A stretch of DNA of 64,000 nucleotides. Origin: Ascidiella aspersa. Its lineage: Eukaryota. Position 1 is the first letter of the stretch. Each line of letters begins with the position of its first letter. The notes beneath the pieces were generated by a model. It had not been told where the DNA came from. It saw nothing but the letters and a program-made list of their open reading frames with translations, and made no database searches. Of the stretch, positions 1-14,000 are shown one piece after another. The stretch spans positions 28,148,001 to 28,212,000 of the forward strand of contig OZ004610.1 of the NCBI GenBank assembly GCA_963924565.1, given 5' to 3'. The position numbers were made by a program, and so were the translations under genes.

Positions 1-116
1 TATGGTTTGCAATTGAACGGTTTATTTGACTAGTGCAAATTTGTTAACTTCAGGCTATAGCCAAGCTGTACGCTTTACGTGAAATCTTAAGCAAGCTATG
101 TTCAAAAGGAGGAAAG

Positions 117-217
117 CTGGCGCTGGTCTAGAAACCTACCACTAGCAACTACATTTTTAACAACTCGTTTCGTTACTGTTAAAAAAGGTTGTAGGATTTT
201 ATTAGACCAGCGCCCAG
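117..217. repeat. ~100-bp imperfect palindrome (foldback / tiny MITE-like)
   Basis: Paired arms: ctggcgctggtcta / tagaccagcgcccag, cctac / gtagg, tttttaaca / tgttaaaaa. Confidence 0.65.
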
Positions 218-3200
218 AGTTATTTTTTATCAGGCTTTGCTGACTTGCAGCGCTTTTATCGAGCTTGCCATGCAGGATTTGGCCTTTGTACTCTTGCTAT
301 CAGTCCCAAGCTCCTTTCTTGCCGCCGAGCGACGTGTTTTATCGAATGCCAAACACTGCTGAAGAGGGTTGGCGCAAAGGTAAATCGGGGTAACACTCCT
401 GCTGAATATTGACTTAGGCACGCGGTTACATTTGGAAAGACAGGCCGTCAGTTTGCGGCCTGCCTCTAACAATTACGTCTTGCGACGCGCTAAGCTTGAA
501 TCGACAGACCAGTGATGGACTGTTGCTGGTACCTTTTCGGCCTTTGTCGTGTCAGAAAGGGCATTGTCTAGTTGCGGAATGCGGCACAATGAACTTGTCC
601 CGGGTGTGAGAGCAGTTATCATTTGTTTGAACAGGTACCAAAACACAATGGATAAGAACCAAATAACGGGACGCATAGCGTGAGAGGGGCGTTATTCTAG
701 ATTTTTCTGTTTAGTTTTAGCAAAATAGTTTTACGTCATCTTATTTACGACTAGTTTAGTAAGCAAGGCTTTCTGTAATCACATAACAGCAGTCGTTATG
801 TCCATTCAGGTGGCTGTGTTTGTCCAGCAGTAGACCAGCACAGCTTAATGTGGAGATAGACAAGCAGGCAGTGCCCCCAGCAGACCTGTGTGCTGTTTGC
901 GTAGGTGCATCTTCGTGTGATTAGCCTGTTTGTTTTGGTCATAATCGCGCAGTCCAGTCAAAACGGATTTCCTCCGGCCGATATCGCGCGATTACACGTT
1001 TAGCCTGTCTCGTTGGCCAGTTAATGGCGATTAAACGTGCCTTTGTTTCGATTTTTGGTTTAATTGAGTATCATCTAGGCACAGTTCGTGTTTACCTGGA
1101 TTATCCCATTTGTCAGGAAGATAAACACTAAACATGAGGCAACAGAACATTATCAGGCTTATCAGGCTAAGAATGGTAGGCAGTTATCAAGATATGTATT
1201 CAAATTCAAAATAATGAGGTATAGATACTATATCAACTGAGTCACCAGCAAAATTGTTTCCGCTACAAGCTAAAACACTTTCCCGAAGTAAATAAATGAT
1301 TTTCGCCATTAAAACCTTCGTCACGAAAAACAGTTTTGCTTATCGTAAAGTTATAGTAGTTAATAAGGAACTGGAAATTGAAAGGATGTTATTTGTGCTG
1401 CGAAAACAACGAAATTTGTCTGAAAAGTCTTTAAATTTGCGGCCTATTTAAAAATTATTGCCTGAGTTTTGCTCTGCATAATATGTAAATCTCTGCAGTA
1501 CGCAGCGGACAAACAAGCTTTTCGATGGATTTCGCTTGACCCGTGGCCAACACGTCAACTGTCCGGAAGTTCTCGGACGTATTTCCCGTGCCTATTGACC
1601 CGCTTCAAAATCCGGCAACAACATCAGATCGGCAGTTCAGGATAGAAACATGAAGTTTGCGAGCTCGATGGCAACGCACAAGGCTCAATTGCATGTAAAG
1701 CAGCGAGCTCGAAATGTTGGGCGTTTTTTGCTTGACTCTGTTTAACGCAGGGGAGGTTACTGTCGTTTTGAGAAGCATGTATTGGTAGAGCCTGTTACAA
1801 AGTGACTCATTTTCTCAAACAAATGGACTACTTGCCGAAACGTATGCAAATAAAATAGTGAATCTTTTATCTATTAAATGGACTATAGTTCGCCCAGGGT
1901 TTGTAAACACATACATCAAATTGACCCTAATAATTTTTGTCCAAGCTCTTTCTACCTTGAATGGTAAATTTTGATAACAAATAGTAGGTTAAGAACTGAT
2001 GGCAATTCAACATTTTAGCACTGAAAGCAAATTTTGGCCTAATACGTTGGGAAAAACAGTTTGAACTTTTCAATATGATATATTCTGTTTGACCATTGCA
2101 ATGACGGTATTTGGCGTCGGATCGGTTCGCATACCTTTGTCTGAGATATCCGGTATCGTTATCGGAAGAAATGTCTTGTATCGAACATGCTTAATTGCGA
2201 GCGCCGAACTTGGAGCCTTGCTATTGGGCCTAGTTCTAGGTAAGTTAGCCCAGTGCGGTCATATCAAGTTCGCTATAGCATGGCTCAAGTCGCCGACGAG
2301 AGGCTATATAGAAGAACGATTGCTGCTCGTTGTGTGTCGATTGATTGTTGAGATTGCCTTGCGCGTTCCAATTGACGCTCATATTGGCGACTGGCCGCTG
2401 GTTGTTGTCATGGCCTGGACTTATTTGGGTCGAAAAACGCACCGCTTTGGATCTTTGCCGATTTGTATCGCTTCTTGCTTCGCCGCCCAAACCGCAAACT
2501 CGCCTGGCGACAACTGTACATTCGACAAACTGTGTTTTTTGTTGCGACGCTATTTGTACACCGTTACATCACGCGAACGTGTTTTTGCGCCTTTTGCGCG
2601 AATATGGAATTGAATGGTTTAAATCGTTTCCAAAATTAAAGCCTTGAACCAGGCGTGCGTTTTGTGACAAAAACGCCAAACGTGCAAAATGATGCATGCC
2701 GTAATGTGCGCATTTAGCCTAGACATAAGGCTAAACTTGTATATCAAACTCGGCGGTCACCTTTTGCCGATTTTTACCACAATTCAACCGCTAATGAAGA
2801 TTTCCCGCCCAGTTATTAGGTGATGGGCGGACGTCGGGAAGGTCCTTTGCTACATCGTAATTATGACGGCCCTGGAGTGGCATTAAAGGCGGGAGAGCGT
2901 TTAATTTGGTTCGAATGATTGCCAGTCGCTGGTTTAAAGTGACGCAAGTTCCACTTGTAATTGCGCGAAGGGATCCAAAGGACCATTTACACACCGAAAA
3001 GTGTAATTTAAAAGGGTAGAACGGCGAATAATAATAATTTTAAAGTGACAATGTGAATTGCTGTTATGTTATACGAGACTTCAAATAAACAATTCTGAAA
3101 CGATAAATTAGGACGATATGATGTTTGTTCCAATTCTTATCTATTTAGTTCTCATTTTTAAAAGGCTTTTTTGTCTAACAGCGTTTTTTTAGTTTCTTAG

Positions 3201-3499
3201 TCAGAATAAGTTTTTTAGCCATGCATGTAGTTGAATAATTCCGCCTTGAAAAGTGATAGTTTTGCACACAAATTTTTGGTGATAAAAATCGCGAAAAAAG
3301 TTGTTTTCTGCAATCGATAAAGATAATTTTAGTTCAAAGTTTAGGTTAATTTGTAGTTTTAGCGAATGTTGTATTTTAAAATTTAACCCAATTCGGGAAA
3401 ACCTAGAGGCATTAATTTTAATTGTAACCAAATTTAAATAAGGTGAAAAATTCCAGCTGTCCAACTCTACATATGGGTTGAAAAAAAAAACAACCTAAA

Positions 3500-3855
3500 A
3501 GTGGAGGCCGGCACTTTTACGAAAGCCTACGTGAAAACGAAGCGACGCGAGAACTGACAGGATTTGTCAGCTGCCGCAAACGGCGACGCTCGCTGAAAAG
3601 TGTCGCGAAATTATTGATGGCTTCTTCCTTCGCAGTTCCCCAGACCCCTGGCGCACCTGAGCGCCCGAAACGCCGGGAAGCGAGCTAAATCGAGCGGCCC
3701 GTGCCATTTCGCTCGCGTTTTCCGTTCGCTCTGTACAGCTGGCAAACGTTATGAGCGATGGCTGCGAACTGTCGGGTGCAGAGCGCTGGAAACGAAGCGG
3801 CACGTGCGGCATTATCGTGCATGGTTTCGCCACGTATTCGCCGCCGTAAACGAAG
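3500..3855. promoter_or_regulatory. CpG-rich island upstream of first coding exon; candidate promoter or enhancer
   Basis: High GC/CpG with E-boxes (cagctg twice, cacgtg), about 700 bp upstream of the 4560 acceptor. Confidence 0.3.
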
Positions 3856-4035
3856 GTGTATTACATTATATCGCCTAACTGCTCTATGTTAATGCTCAGC
3901 CTTGACTTTTTAGCTTTGCTGCAGTTTTGATGCCTATAGTTAAAGCTACATTTCGATGTTAGTCAAATAGGACTAATGAACTTGATAATGAATTGCAATA
4001 CCAAAAAGGTCGAGTAGATCGACATCATCTTGATT

Positions 4036-4077
4036 ATTAAGACGTTTCGATACGAGCTTGTATCAACTTCAGTTAAT
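4036..4077 (-). ncRNA. Minimal type I hammerhead ribozyme-like motif (Penelope-type), A9 substituted
   Basis: Minus strand reads AUUAA-CUGAAGU-U-GAUAC-aagcuc-GUAUC-GAAA-CGUC-UUAAU. Perfect 5-bp stems I and II, palindromic ACGU stem III, GUC site. Confidence 0.7.
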
Positions 4078-4559
4078 GACATTAAATCATTAGCAAGTTA
4101 CATTACAGATCCGTGCATAGTGTACCCAAGGACTAATAAAAAATGGTAAAACTTGACTACAGACTGCAACGTTTCTTAGCTACAGCTGGACAGCAATATA
4201 TGCTTGGTTGTGAGTGGATTGCATTGTTGTTATTTAGTTTCAGGTGAATTCAAATGTGGCCTACCTAAAGCTATACTCCAAGATTAATTGGGAAAATGTG
4301 AATGTCAACTGTAGAACTGTTCTTCCCGCAAAATTCATTGAAGTACCAACGTTTTAACAACCTATTCAGGCAAACAATCCCTGGCAACAACAGTATATTC
4401 AGTGATATATTAACATTGCTATGCCACAAATGCATTTTAACAATGCTATATTATAGCTGGTTTGCAGTCATTCTTTCACTGCTTTATTATTTCGGTTTGT
4501 ATAAAAACGTTTTGCGATGAAACGAATCACTCTTTAAACAACCCTTTATTTTCCTACAG

Positions 4560-4636
4560 GCGAAGCTGTAGGCTGAGCAATTTAACTTTAAAATCACAAC
4601 ACAGAAATTCGCTGCACACACACCCACTCTGTTGCC
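4560..4636 (+). other. 5' UTR part of first coding exon
   Basis: Polypyrimidine tract and acceptor 'ctttattttcctacag' ends at 4559. The ATG at 4637 is in a strong context (gttgccATGG). Confidence 0.65.
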
Positions 4637-5093
4637 ATGGAAACAAGGTCCGTCGTCGCGCTTCTGTTGCTAGGCGCCGCCGTCGCCATGACAACCGCCT
4701 ACCCCTACTCGCACCTGCGCAACATGAGAACCCGAAGAATCCCGAATCCGCGCCAGCTCTACCAGAATCAGGACATGCTGATCCGGGGCAGAAGAGGAAA
4801 GGGTCCGGATGACCGGGAAGTCGGGTATCTAGGTCAGAGCCAGATGGAGTCCGCTGCCGCCTCCTCTTCTTCGTCATCATCCTCTTATGGAGGATTCAGG
4901 GATCAGGGTCCGCCTCTCCAGCCTGTGGATGTAGACCCGAACGCCGATCGAGCCTTCCAACAGCCCGGAGGAGCGTACCAGCGTCAGCAGCAGCCTCTGC
5001 AGCCCATCCAGCCTAACATCCTGCAGCAGCAAGCTGATGGCTTTGCTCCGAATTCGAAGCAGCTCGGCTTGGAACCAGTTCGCTCTGATTCCG
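4637..5093 (+). CDS. FBLN2: Coding exon 1: signal peptide ([21 protein letters not shown]) and Q/S/P-rich extension
   Basis: Hydrophobic N-terminus. Donor G|gtaagt at 5094, phase 1. Confidence 0.88.
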
Positions 5094-8000
5094 GTAAGTT
5101 ACGCTTTAGTTTAAGTTGCGCGGGGTCGCATTTTTAGTACATAGGTAAAACATGGTTTAATGCAGTGATTCTCAACATTTTATTGCTTACGGCACCCGTA
5201 AAATACGATAAATACATTTTTGGCACCCCGACTGGAATTATCGTATTTTGGTTGCGTTTGCCTTTGTTATTTGTTTAGCCGCTGTAGAACGCAAGAGACT
5301 GGCTAAAGTTTTTTGTTTTTTGTAATATCTTTCCAGACTTTCCAGCTAGACCCAATGTTTCTCACTGGTTCTCAACCCGTGATGTGCCATGTTTTTTTAG
5401 TTTTTGGGCCGCATTTTTAGGACTTTGGAAAAAAACATGGCTTTGATGCCTGGAAATTTTAGGGCGCTGTGAAATGCAGAATGATGGAGACATCTATTTA
5501 TTGAACATTGAACTTGGAAAGTTCGATAATATAGGGGTCTGAAGCGATATCCCATGCCAAATGGTAGTATCGGTAACCGTTCGACACAAGGGTGGTATCC
5601 GTGCCGATCCGCTACAAAATTAATTTCAAAATTTCAGCCACGATCTTCACTTTTTTTTCCTAAACGCCTTAACAGGTTTTTGGTGTGATTTGGGAGTCAT
5701 GTTTAAATTAGGAAAATGGAAACTATACAGAATGTAGTCTACTTTAAAGGAAAAACACCAAAATTGGTCCAAATCCCAAAATAGTCACCCTTTTGCTTGC
5801 AGTGCGCCACAACAAGCTGTATTATGTAATCACAAGTTCTAAAAGAATCGCAAACTTCGCGGCCAAATATCTCCTTTGAAGCACGAACGAGGCGCCATTG
5901 AACTGTAGCCATCCAAACAACTGCAATCAAAGGCACCAAGTGCATGCGACAATTTCCCATCGTCCCACGTCCAGACTTTATAAGGGAAAGGGGGGCGACT
6001 ATGACTAATCGTGATGGGGCCAACAACAGTCTACTTGGTCCCCGGCTCGCGTATCACGCTTTCCAGCCGGTCTTGGCTCGGCGCTGCTTCGCGCTGACTC
6101 AGGGTTTGGCCGTCGGGCCTGTAGGAAGGGGTCGGCGACACTGGCAGGAAAAAACACCGGGCACGATTTGCACCCCCGACCGATTTCGCGGTTTCGTGAT
6201 TTTTTTCGTGGAGCGAACGGCGCGTCGGGGATGTTACGTCACCCTTTGTCGGGTTAAGTGTCGATTGCGGTAAAATTTGGTTTAATTTGCGAGTTTAACC
6301 TTTCGGGAAATTTCAAAGCGGCGAATGTTTGACGTTTTGTACTAAAGGATCCGACAAAGCGGTTTCTACTTGAAAAGTCAATTAATCAAATAGTAGTATA
6401 AGTTAACAACTAGAGTCACAAGTTTAAACTTCTTTTTACTAAAGCAAATTTTGGCGTAATAACCGTATACAAATTACCTATGACCGTTTCAATTTGATTT
6501 ATTTCGCATGCTTGGGCATAGTAATGAGTGACGTCATTAGATATCGAATTTGAAAAGCGATACTTTTTATCTAGAATATCGGGTATCGGCATGGGAATAA
6601 AATATCAAGTATCAAATAATACCTATATCCGTTACCAAATTATGTTTCCTTTTTTTACTAAATGCTTTATGATACCACGCAAACGTTTTCTCTAAAAATA
6701 TGAATTTCTCAACTTAACACTTTGCGTATAAGGCCATGGTTGTTTTAACTTTTTCAAATTTCGGTTTTGAAATGGTTTACTAAGTATCAGACGTTCCCAT
6801 TTTACCTGCTTATTTCATCAGTAGTTTTTAGTAATTGATTCTGCTGCATGAAAGCCAAAAAATTTTTAAAGCAAATGGAAAGATAAATTTACCTTACGAA
6901 TGACTACATCGCTTCCTGAGAGAAACAAAACCATGTATCACGCGCCAATCCAATTGCTGAATGCTTAACAAAAAACAAACAATTTTTGTTTGAAATGCTC
7001 TGTCGCAAAGGGACGAAGGTCGCGTTTTTTGACAAACGCGTTCAACTTTTCGGAAACGCTTGGTCAGCGTCCACGTCATTCTGGCGTGGGAAAACATACT
7101 CACTTGATAAAAATTGATGTTTTTTTATAATACCGACGGGCAGTCTCATAACGCCATGCGTTGTTACTTCAAACAGGAACATTGAAAACTGATTACTTCT
7201 TAAACAAACACTTTTAAATTAAGTTAATCGCACTTACAATGTTTACATTGTTAGCAGTGTTGTAATAACTTAATATTACTTTTTGTTTTAAAAACAAAGT
7301 TTAAATGACTTGACTTATGTGTTTCATGCTGAATAACTTGACTTAGCACTGTTGTTAACCAATATCACGCCCGTAGTACTAAGTGCCCTTGCTGCTTTTA
7401 AAATAGCTTGTTCGAAAAAATTGTTCATAAATTGTGACGCGTCCTAAACATTCTCCCTTCCACGCTTGTTAGAATGCCGTAAAATCTCAAGTTCGGCCAC
7501 CTGGACGAAATTCCTATCTGAAATGCGTCGCAAATTGCCCGTATTTTCGGTGCATAGCGCAAGCGTTCCGATAAAAATGCTAAATCAACAACCCCGGGCA
7601 ACAATGGTCGTGAGGTTCGCCATGTTGCACCCGGTAATTCCCCCCGTAAAGATAAAAATCTCAATGCGCGAGAGCCAATCTGTTTTTCGCATCTTTTCAT
7701 GCACTGGCGTTTATATCGAACGAGGTGCCGGCTTCCGCGGTCACGTTTTTTTGTTTTCGTAACCACCTCGCAACCGGAGTTACATTTGAGGCAACTGTTT
7801 TACTAAACGTGCAGAATAATGTTAAACAAAAGAGTAAACGGTTTCAGCGGCTGTTCTTTAAACTTATGGAGGAGTGTAGGTTGTTAGTTAGTCGTGAACT
7901 TAATATCAAACAAATAGGTAGCATTTTTGAAGGCTTTCAAATTTCAATATGATTGACTATTTATTCGAAACGCTCACCAAATTTCTGTTTGGGTTGAATG

Positions 8001-11000
8001 TTAATTCGTTGTTTAATTGTGTATTTTCACATTTTAAATATTTGTGACAGTGGACGACATTCGTGTAACCACAATAGCGATCTTAACATTGAAGGAACCA
8101 TATCAAACCATCCAACCCTTTAAATAACAATAACTATTTTTCGTACACTGTTGTCTAATATATTTTAGAACACGCAAAAATTATTCAATTTTTATTCACA
8201 GAAAATGCCCAAAAAACACCCATTTATGGACGTCACACCGGTAAAGTGTCTTAAAAACAAATAATATTTTCACCAGGTCCGCCTTCGGTGCTTTCCCAAC
8301 AGCCGGCGGTCCCAATCCGCCAGTCGCAACAACAGCAGCTGCCCGACGCCCCAAGTGACCCTGAAGCTCCCTGCGACCCCAGCTCGTGCGTGGAGCCGGA
8401 GAACTGCCTGAACGTAACCCGAACGGGGCCCTGTTGCCCCACCTGTGCCCAGTACGGGTGCCTGTGCGTCGGCTACCATCAGCTGTACGATTGTCGGCAG
8501 AATGGATACGGGTAAGAAGCTTATTGATCCATATGATAAAACATCCACAACTGGAAGTGTTTGAACAGGCTTAGATCCGAATATAAGAAATGAAACTAAT
8601 TATAATTTTAAAATTTATTAACTTTTTTGTTGGGGTTTTATTTTGTCCGAATTGCATAGATCTTTGGCCGGGAATACTTAGCCAAACCACGCTAGTGACG
8701 TCATTTGGTGTGAAATATCGCCGGCCTAGCGAATTTACAAATGAAAAATAGCCGTTTTTAGTGTATGTATGGTCCTTTCTTGGAGCAGGGCTTTGGCCAA
8801 ATTTTTTTCGTCGCGAGTCTATTATGAAATGCAGTCCGAGTCTCTCTGGTGCCACTCTCACAACGATTTTTCGCGATTATTTTAACAAAGATTAACAGCT
8901 AAGTCTCTCCGGTTACAGCCTCACACGAGTTAGTTTATATTTTAAAAGAACGCTCGAGAAGTTTGAGAGACTGTTTCTACCCCTTAAACATATGCTGATA
9001 ATTAACATGATACAAGGTATTTTTTCGATAGTATTGTGCTTTGCTTGCATAAAATCCATGCCCCCTGACTCAGTTTTTTTCTGGCATTGTAGAAAAAAAT
9101 GCAAATCGTTTTTTAAATCTAGAGAGACGTTCGTGTTTCAAACTCACCACAGTTTCGTTATTCCTGACGGTGCGCGTCAAATGCCTCGCAGCCTGTCAGT
9201 GGTCCGTGGCCTGCGGGCGGAAAGGAATGTTTTCCGGGGCCCCGGCCCAGAGCTGCGCCCCATTTGGGCGCCGGCGGAATTTTCGCCCCTCGGTTTTTGA
9301 GAGTTAGTTTGGGGCGGGACTACATCTCGCGGGTGTGGGATGGTGATGGTTGTTAAAGCTGCTGCTATTAAATTCCTGGGTTGTGTTGGACCATTTCGGA
9401 AAGGGCGTGAGGAAAAATTCTCTCATAGTTGCACGGAACTTGATTTTGTCAGCGGTTTTTAATTGATTTTGCAAACGAAACCTAGTATTTTGGAAAAACG
9501 GTCATTTAATACACGTAAAGTATGTTTAGTATTTTTTACATAAATATACCAAATTATAGCTGGCACTGCGATTAACCTTTTTCGTGTTTCAAGTCATGGT
9601 ATCTAAGTAATTTGCCAAAGAAAGACTTTAAAAACCAACTAAGTTGATACTAGAAACGATTTAGCAGTAAAGTGTGTCACCAAAAGAACGATTTGTACAT
9701 GCACGAGAAAACAACTCAAGCCTCTTCTGTATAGTGATACAGGAGTAGGTAAGATGTTTTCAATTACATATTGATTTATTTTCAGTAGTAAATGTTTATC
9801 ATGCTAAAACCAATAGAATTTAAAGCCCTAATAGAAATATTCGGCCAGCATTTGGCGGAAAGGCAATGACACGAGCCAAGAGAGAGTTGCAAACATTTGC
9901 CTTACAAGGCCTCCATCTTGTAGTGGCTCGTTCGACCAAAAACATCCGCCCGCCCAAGGCCAAAAAATCTCCATATTCGCGCGTTTTTTCGTCCGAATGC
10001 CCGACATCCAGCAGCCGTGGCCAGTCAGGACGTCTGCTATTGCCGACTTTTTGTCCTCTGCCTGATCCTTACAATATCACGCAAACCAGGTCAAGAGACC
10101 CCTCTCCCCCCACCCAGCCTCAATACTAGCCTAAGCGATGCGTAAATCGGCGTAAATATTATCATAGGCGGCCCACTCGTAGAGTCCGCGGAATTGCCGA
10201 GCCGCGACCGATCCGGGGAGAAATTAAAAAAAATAAATTTACAACCGGCTCGCGTGCGCTGCGCGTCTGTCATGCCAAAACACGCGTTTGGAAAACAATT
10301 TCTCCCGGGTAATTTTCCAGCGAGTAATTATGAGCATTTTCGTCAGTAATGGACGTTTTTTTCAGTTCTTTTGATAGGTAATAAATGAAAACGTCTCTCG
10401 TAGTGTGTATTTTGTCAACCAAAAACGAAGAAACACCACATTTTGGTTCATTTGTTGAACAAACTCCACATTTTCATTTGTTAGTGAAAAGCCTAGGTAT
10501 TCTTGAGGTAAAAATGACACTTTTTTAATAATCACGACCACTGCTGCTTTCCGGCACTTTTTACAATAGGAAAATACCATTGCCGATATTGCAGCGGAAT
10601 TTGTTGAAATTCGACGACCTTCTGCAAAAATCTTCGCCACCCGGGCGTTTCTAATTGAACAGCGCCGCAAAATGTCGTATTACAAAACCGTTACAAGGGC
10701 CACCTCGTCGGCGCGGAGGCCTTTTCTCACAAGAACCTTCTAGAAAACAATTATTTATTGGGTTGTTTATCACCTAGAGCTGCACGAAATTTTAAATTTC
10801 CAACTCCCGGCGAAATCGTTAGCCGGTCGTAAAGCGCCGAGAATTCCAAAACGTGATTCAGACGCGAAGTTTTTTTGTTTTCAAATTCCTAACGAAAGCC
10901 AACGCGCGGTTGCTTGTAGTTATGCACCGCTGCCAAACCTCGGAAAAATGCCTCGGAAAAATAAAATTCAAGCTTCTGGCATCGCACGCGAAACCGCAAC

Positions 11001-14000
11001 GCTATATGAGCAACTTTTCGGCAAAAATTCCGGAACAACCCAATTGATGATCTCGCCAAATTCTATTCACCTAATTTAACTCGCGCTTTTGCGGCGAACT
11101 TGGGCGCTGGCAAGGCTAAGAAAAAAAAACGCGCCAAAATTGACGTCACGCTTCCGCTAGGAAGGCGAAAAACAACGGTATTCCTTAACCGGCGAAGTGT
11201 CCCCGAAGCCAATATGGTACGCTTCCTGTAGCACTACAACACAAGTGGTAAACAGGCGTGATTCCAAACGCGGCTTTGCCTTAAGGACGGCTTTTCCAGC
11301 AGCGTCGGGCAGTCCAACTAGTGTCGGGCCTTTTATGCCCACTGGGTTCCGGTTTTCCAAGCGAGCCGCCGGGCCTCGAACGAGCCCGAGGCCGCTCCTG
11401 TTTCGCTGCTACTGAGGCTGCTGTTGGCCTGAGGTGGGCGTTTTTTCGGCTGTGGCGTTCCCAGGCGACGACGGATACAAATGCCGCCGAGACAGCCAAG
11501 CCGCATTCGCTGTGCCTGCGCAGCGGATTACTGCCTTGTGCTGTATGTTGAACTGGTTAGCGCGGTCCATTTAAAAGCACGATATGACTCTTTTTTTTAT
11601 ATTGCTGGATACATTTTCCACGCCCTCGGCAGCGTGAAAAAGAACAAATATTTACACATAGCTACGTTTCTTGTGAATTTTTCACCACATACCGCTATTT
11701 GCAGTCATGCTTTTTTATCGGAATTAGCTATTTTTTGTGATTTTTAACTTGTTTTTTTGTGTGTTTTTTCACCGTGTTTTTTTCTGTGGTGTGTTTTTTC
11801 CACAGCCTTTGGTGAATTTGCGCTATCAATTCGAAAGCGAGCTATTTATAGCCACGTTTTTCGAGTTTGTCCAACCCTTTAATCGGTTCGAGTTACCAAA
11901 TCGAAAGCATCCGGGTCATTTCACCACCCATTGTCCATTTCCAGAAACGAAAAACTTAATCCCAAACTTTTTCGGGCGAATTCAGGGCCAAAAACGTTGC
12001 GTTCCAAGCGAGCCAGCTTTACGTAACGGCATCTCATCGACTGCACACGAAGTCTTACCGCATTTCAGACCGCGCACCGGCTTGTTTGCGCTTCTCGGCA
12101 GCGTTTTGTCGAGCCTTTCCCCGGCGAGCGAGGTGTCTGTCTGTTTGCCTAAGGCCTCTTTCCTTTCTCGGCGGTCGTAACGCAAAAAAAAACGATTGTT
12201 TTGAGTCGATATGATCAGGCTTGTTATTGCGTTCGCTTTTATACGCCATTTGACTGCTACGCCGTTTTCAAGGGTGTTTTTTTGGTATCTATTGTTTCTG
12301 ATTGGGGTGTACGAAGTTGGCCGATACCGGATGCCAAGTGGTAGTATCGGCATTCGTTCGATACTAGGATGGTATCGGTGCCGATCTGAAACCAAATTAA
12401 TTTATGGATTTAGGCATGGTTTGGGATCAAACTGAACTTATTCAACTTTGAAAGGTAAAAAATCATTTTGACAATAAATATTACCCAGTTTTACATGACG
12501 TAAGCATTTTTGTTGTTTTCAAACCCGCTTAAAACGATTCACATCGATTAATTTTGCCTGTTTCGCGATAGTAATGACGTCATTTGGTATCGGATCAGAT
12601 CATCAGTACCTTTCCTAAAGTATCGGATACCAATAACTGGAAAAATGCCAAGTATCGCACATCACCCCTTTCCGATATACAGAAGCAAAAGCGATAGCGA
12701 AGTTGGTGACCGTTTTGCTGAAATAACACGTTGGCGTTACTGTTTGACCGCCTTTGAAGCCGCTGTACACGTATGACGGCTATCTTGGCTATCACCGTAG
12801 CTATCTGCTGCTTGTTTTTAGCTAAAATCGCGTGCGCGCAATTGTTTGCGCAGCGGAACCGTGTTTGACATAAGAGTGGGTGCGATTGGCCAGGGGTTTG
12901 CCGATAATGATTGTAACCTTTGCGCCGACGCCGGCCGCGGGTCCATTAACGCCCGAGCACGCCAGATACCAAAGTTTAACGCTACGTCATTCGGGCCGAA
13001 TTAATGTGACGTAAAGGCCCTCTGGGATAGGATTGGCGAATGGCGAATGGCCAAGGCAAAGTTCAAAACGTCGCGATTCACCATGTCCATTGTCACTAAC
13101 TTTTACCTTTTGGGTTATCACATAAGGTTATAATGCAAGCACGCCGGTAGAACAAAAATGCCGGTTGTTTAACTTCGCAGAAAAAAAGGAAAAGCGGTTT
13201 CGAGACAGTTGCCCAAAAGAGCCACTCTCCCCCAGCCCTAAGTTTCACATTCCGAAAGCCCAGCAGGCCTGGTTGGATTTATTGAAATTATTTCTGAGAA
13301 AGATTTCTCAAATCTTTGAGAAGACATGGCTCATAGTCATATTCGTTAAATTTGAACTTAATTTGCGCTTATATCTTATGTTTGGTTGTTTACGAAAATA
13401 TGCAGTAAAAATAACTGGGTCGCCAAAGCTTCGCTAACGCTTTAGCACGCCTGTAAAAACTTGCAAAAATATCGGTTGTTTTAACGTCGTATAGCTCTCT
13501 TAGGAAAAGGCGGTTTCGAGACAGTGTCCAAAACGACCCCCCAACCCCCAGTTTCACATTCCGGAAGCCCAAGCCTTGTCGTCTTGAGCCTCTTTGCGGT
13601 CCGCACTCTCAATTCTTCTAATCTCGTTACTGCCCACTCTGGGCTCGTTGAGACGTGTGAGTCAGCGGCCGAATTGCCCCTATTTGTTTTGCTTTTCCTT
13701 GGCCAAAGATCGCTTCGCTGAGTGGACACACTCGGTCAGTTTGCATGGCCACTTGAAAACGCTGATGCCCCGTCTTTTCCAAAAGTGACCATCCCCTGTG
13801 GCCGTGCGGCGCTGCCAATATTTTTTTATTGTTTTTTTGTAGTAGTACGTAGGACCCACCAGGCATGTTAGAAGGCCACAGTTTGTTTGGCGCCTTTAAA
13901 AGCAGTCGGCTCCTGATTTTTTAGTCATTTTTGTAACATTTTTCCACCGATTAAGCAAACAAAATAGGTGATTTTTCTGCATTTACCTCTTGTTTTTACA

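Noticed and set aside
230-676. Two adjacent in-frame minus-strand ORFs, the first with a hydrophobic start
   Set aside because: Interrupted by a stop, with no recognisable domain or splice structure.
2089-2613. 174-aa ORF
   Set aside because: Starts inside a family A repeat with a TTG start. No recognisable protein features.
6788-6824. Minus-strand CUGAUGA...GGAACGUC hammerhead-like spacing
   Set aside because: No stem II pairing and GAAA is absent.
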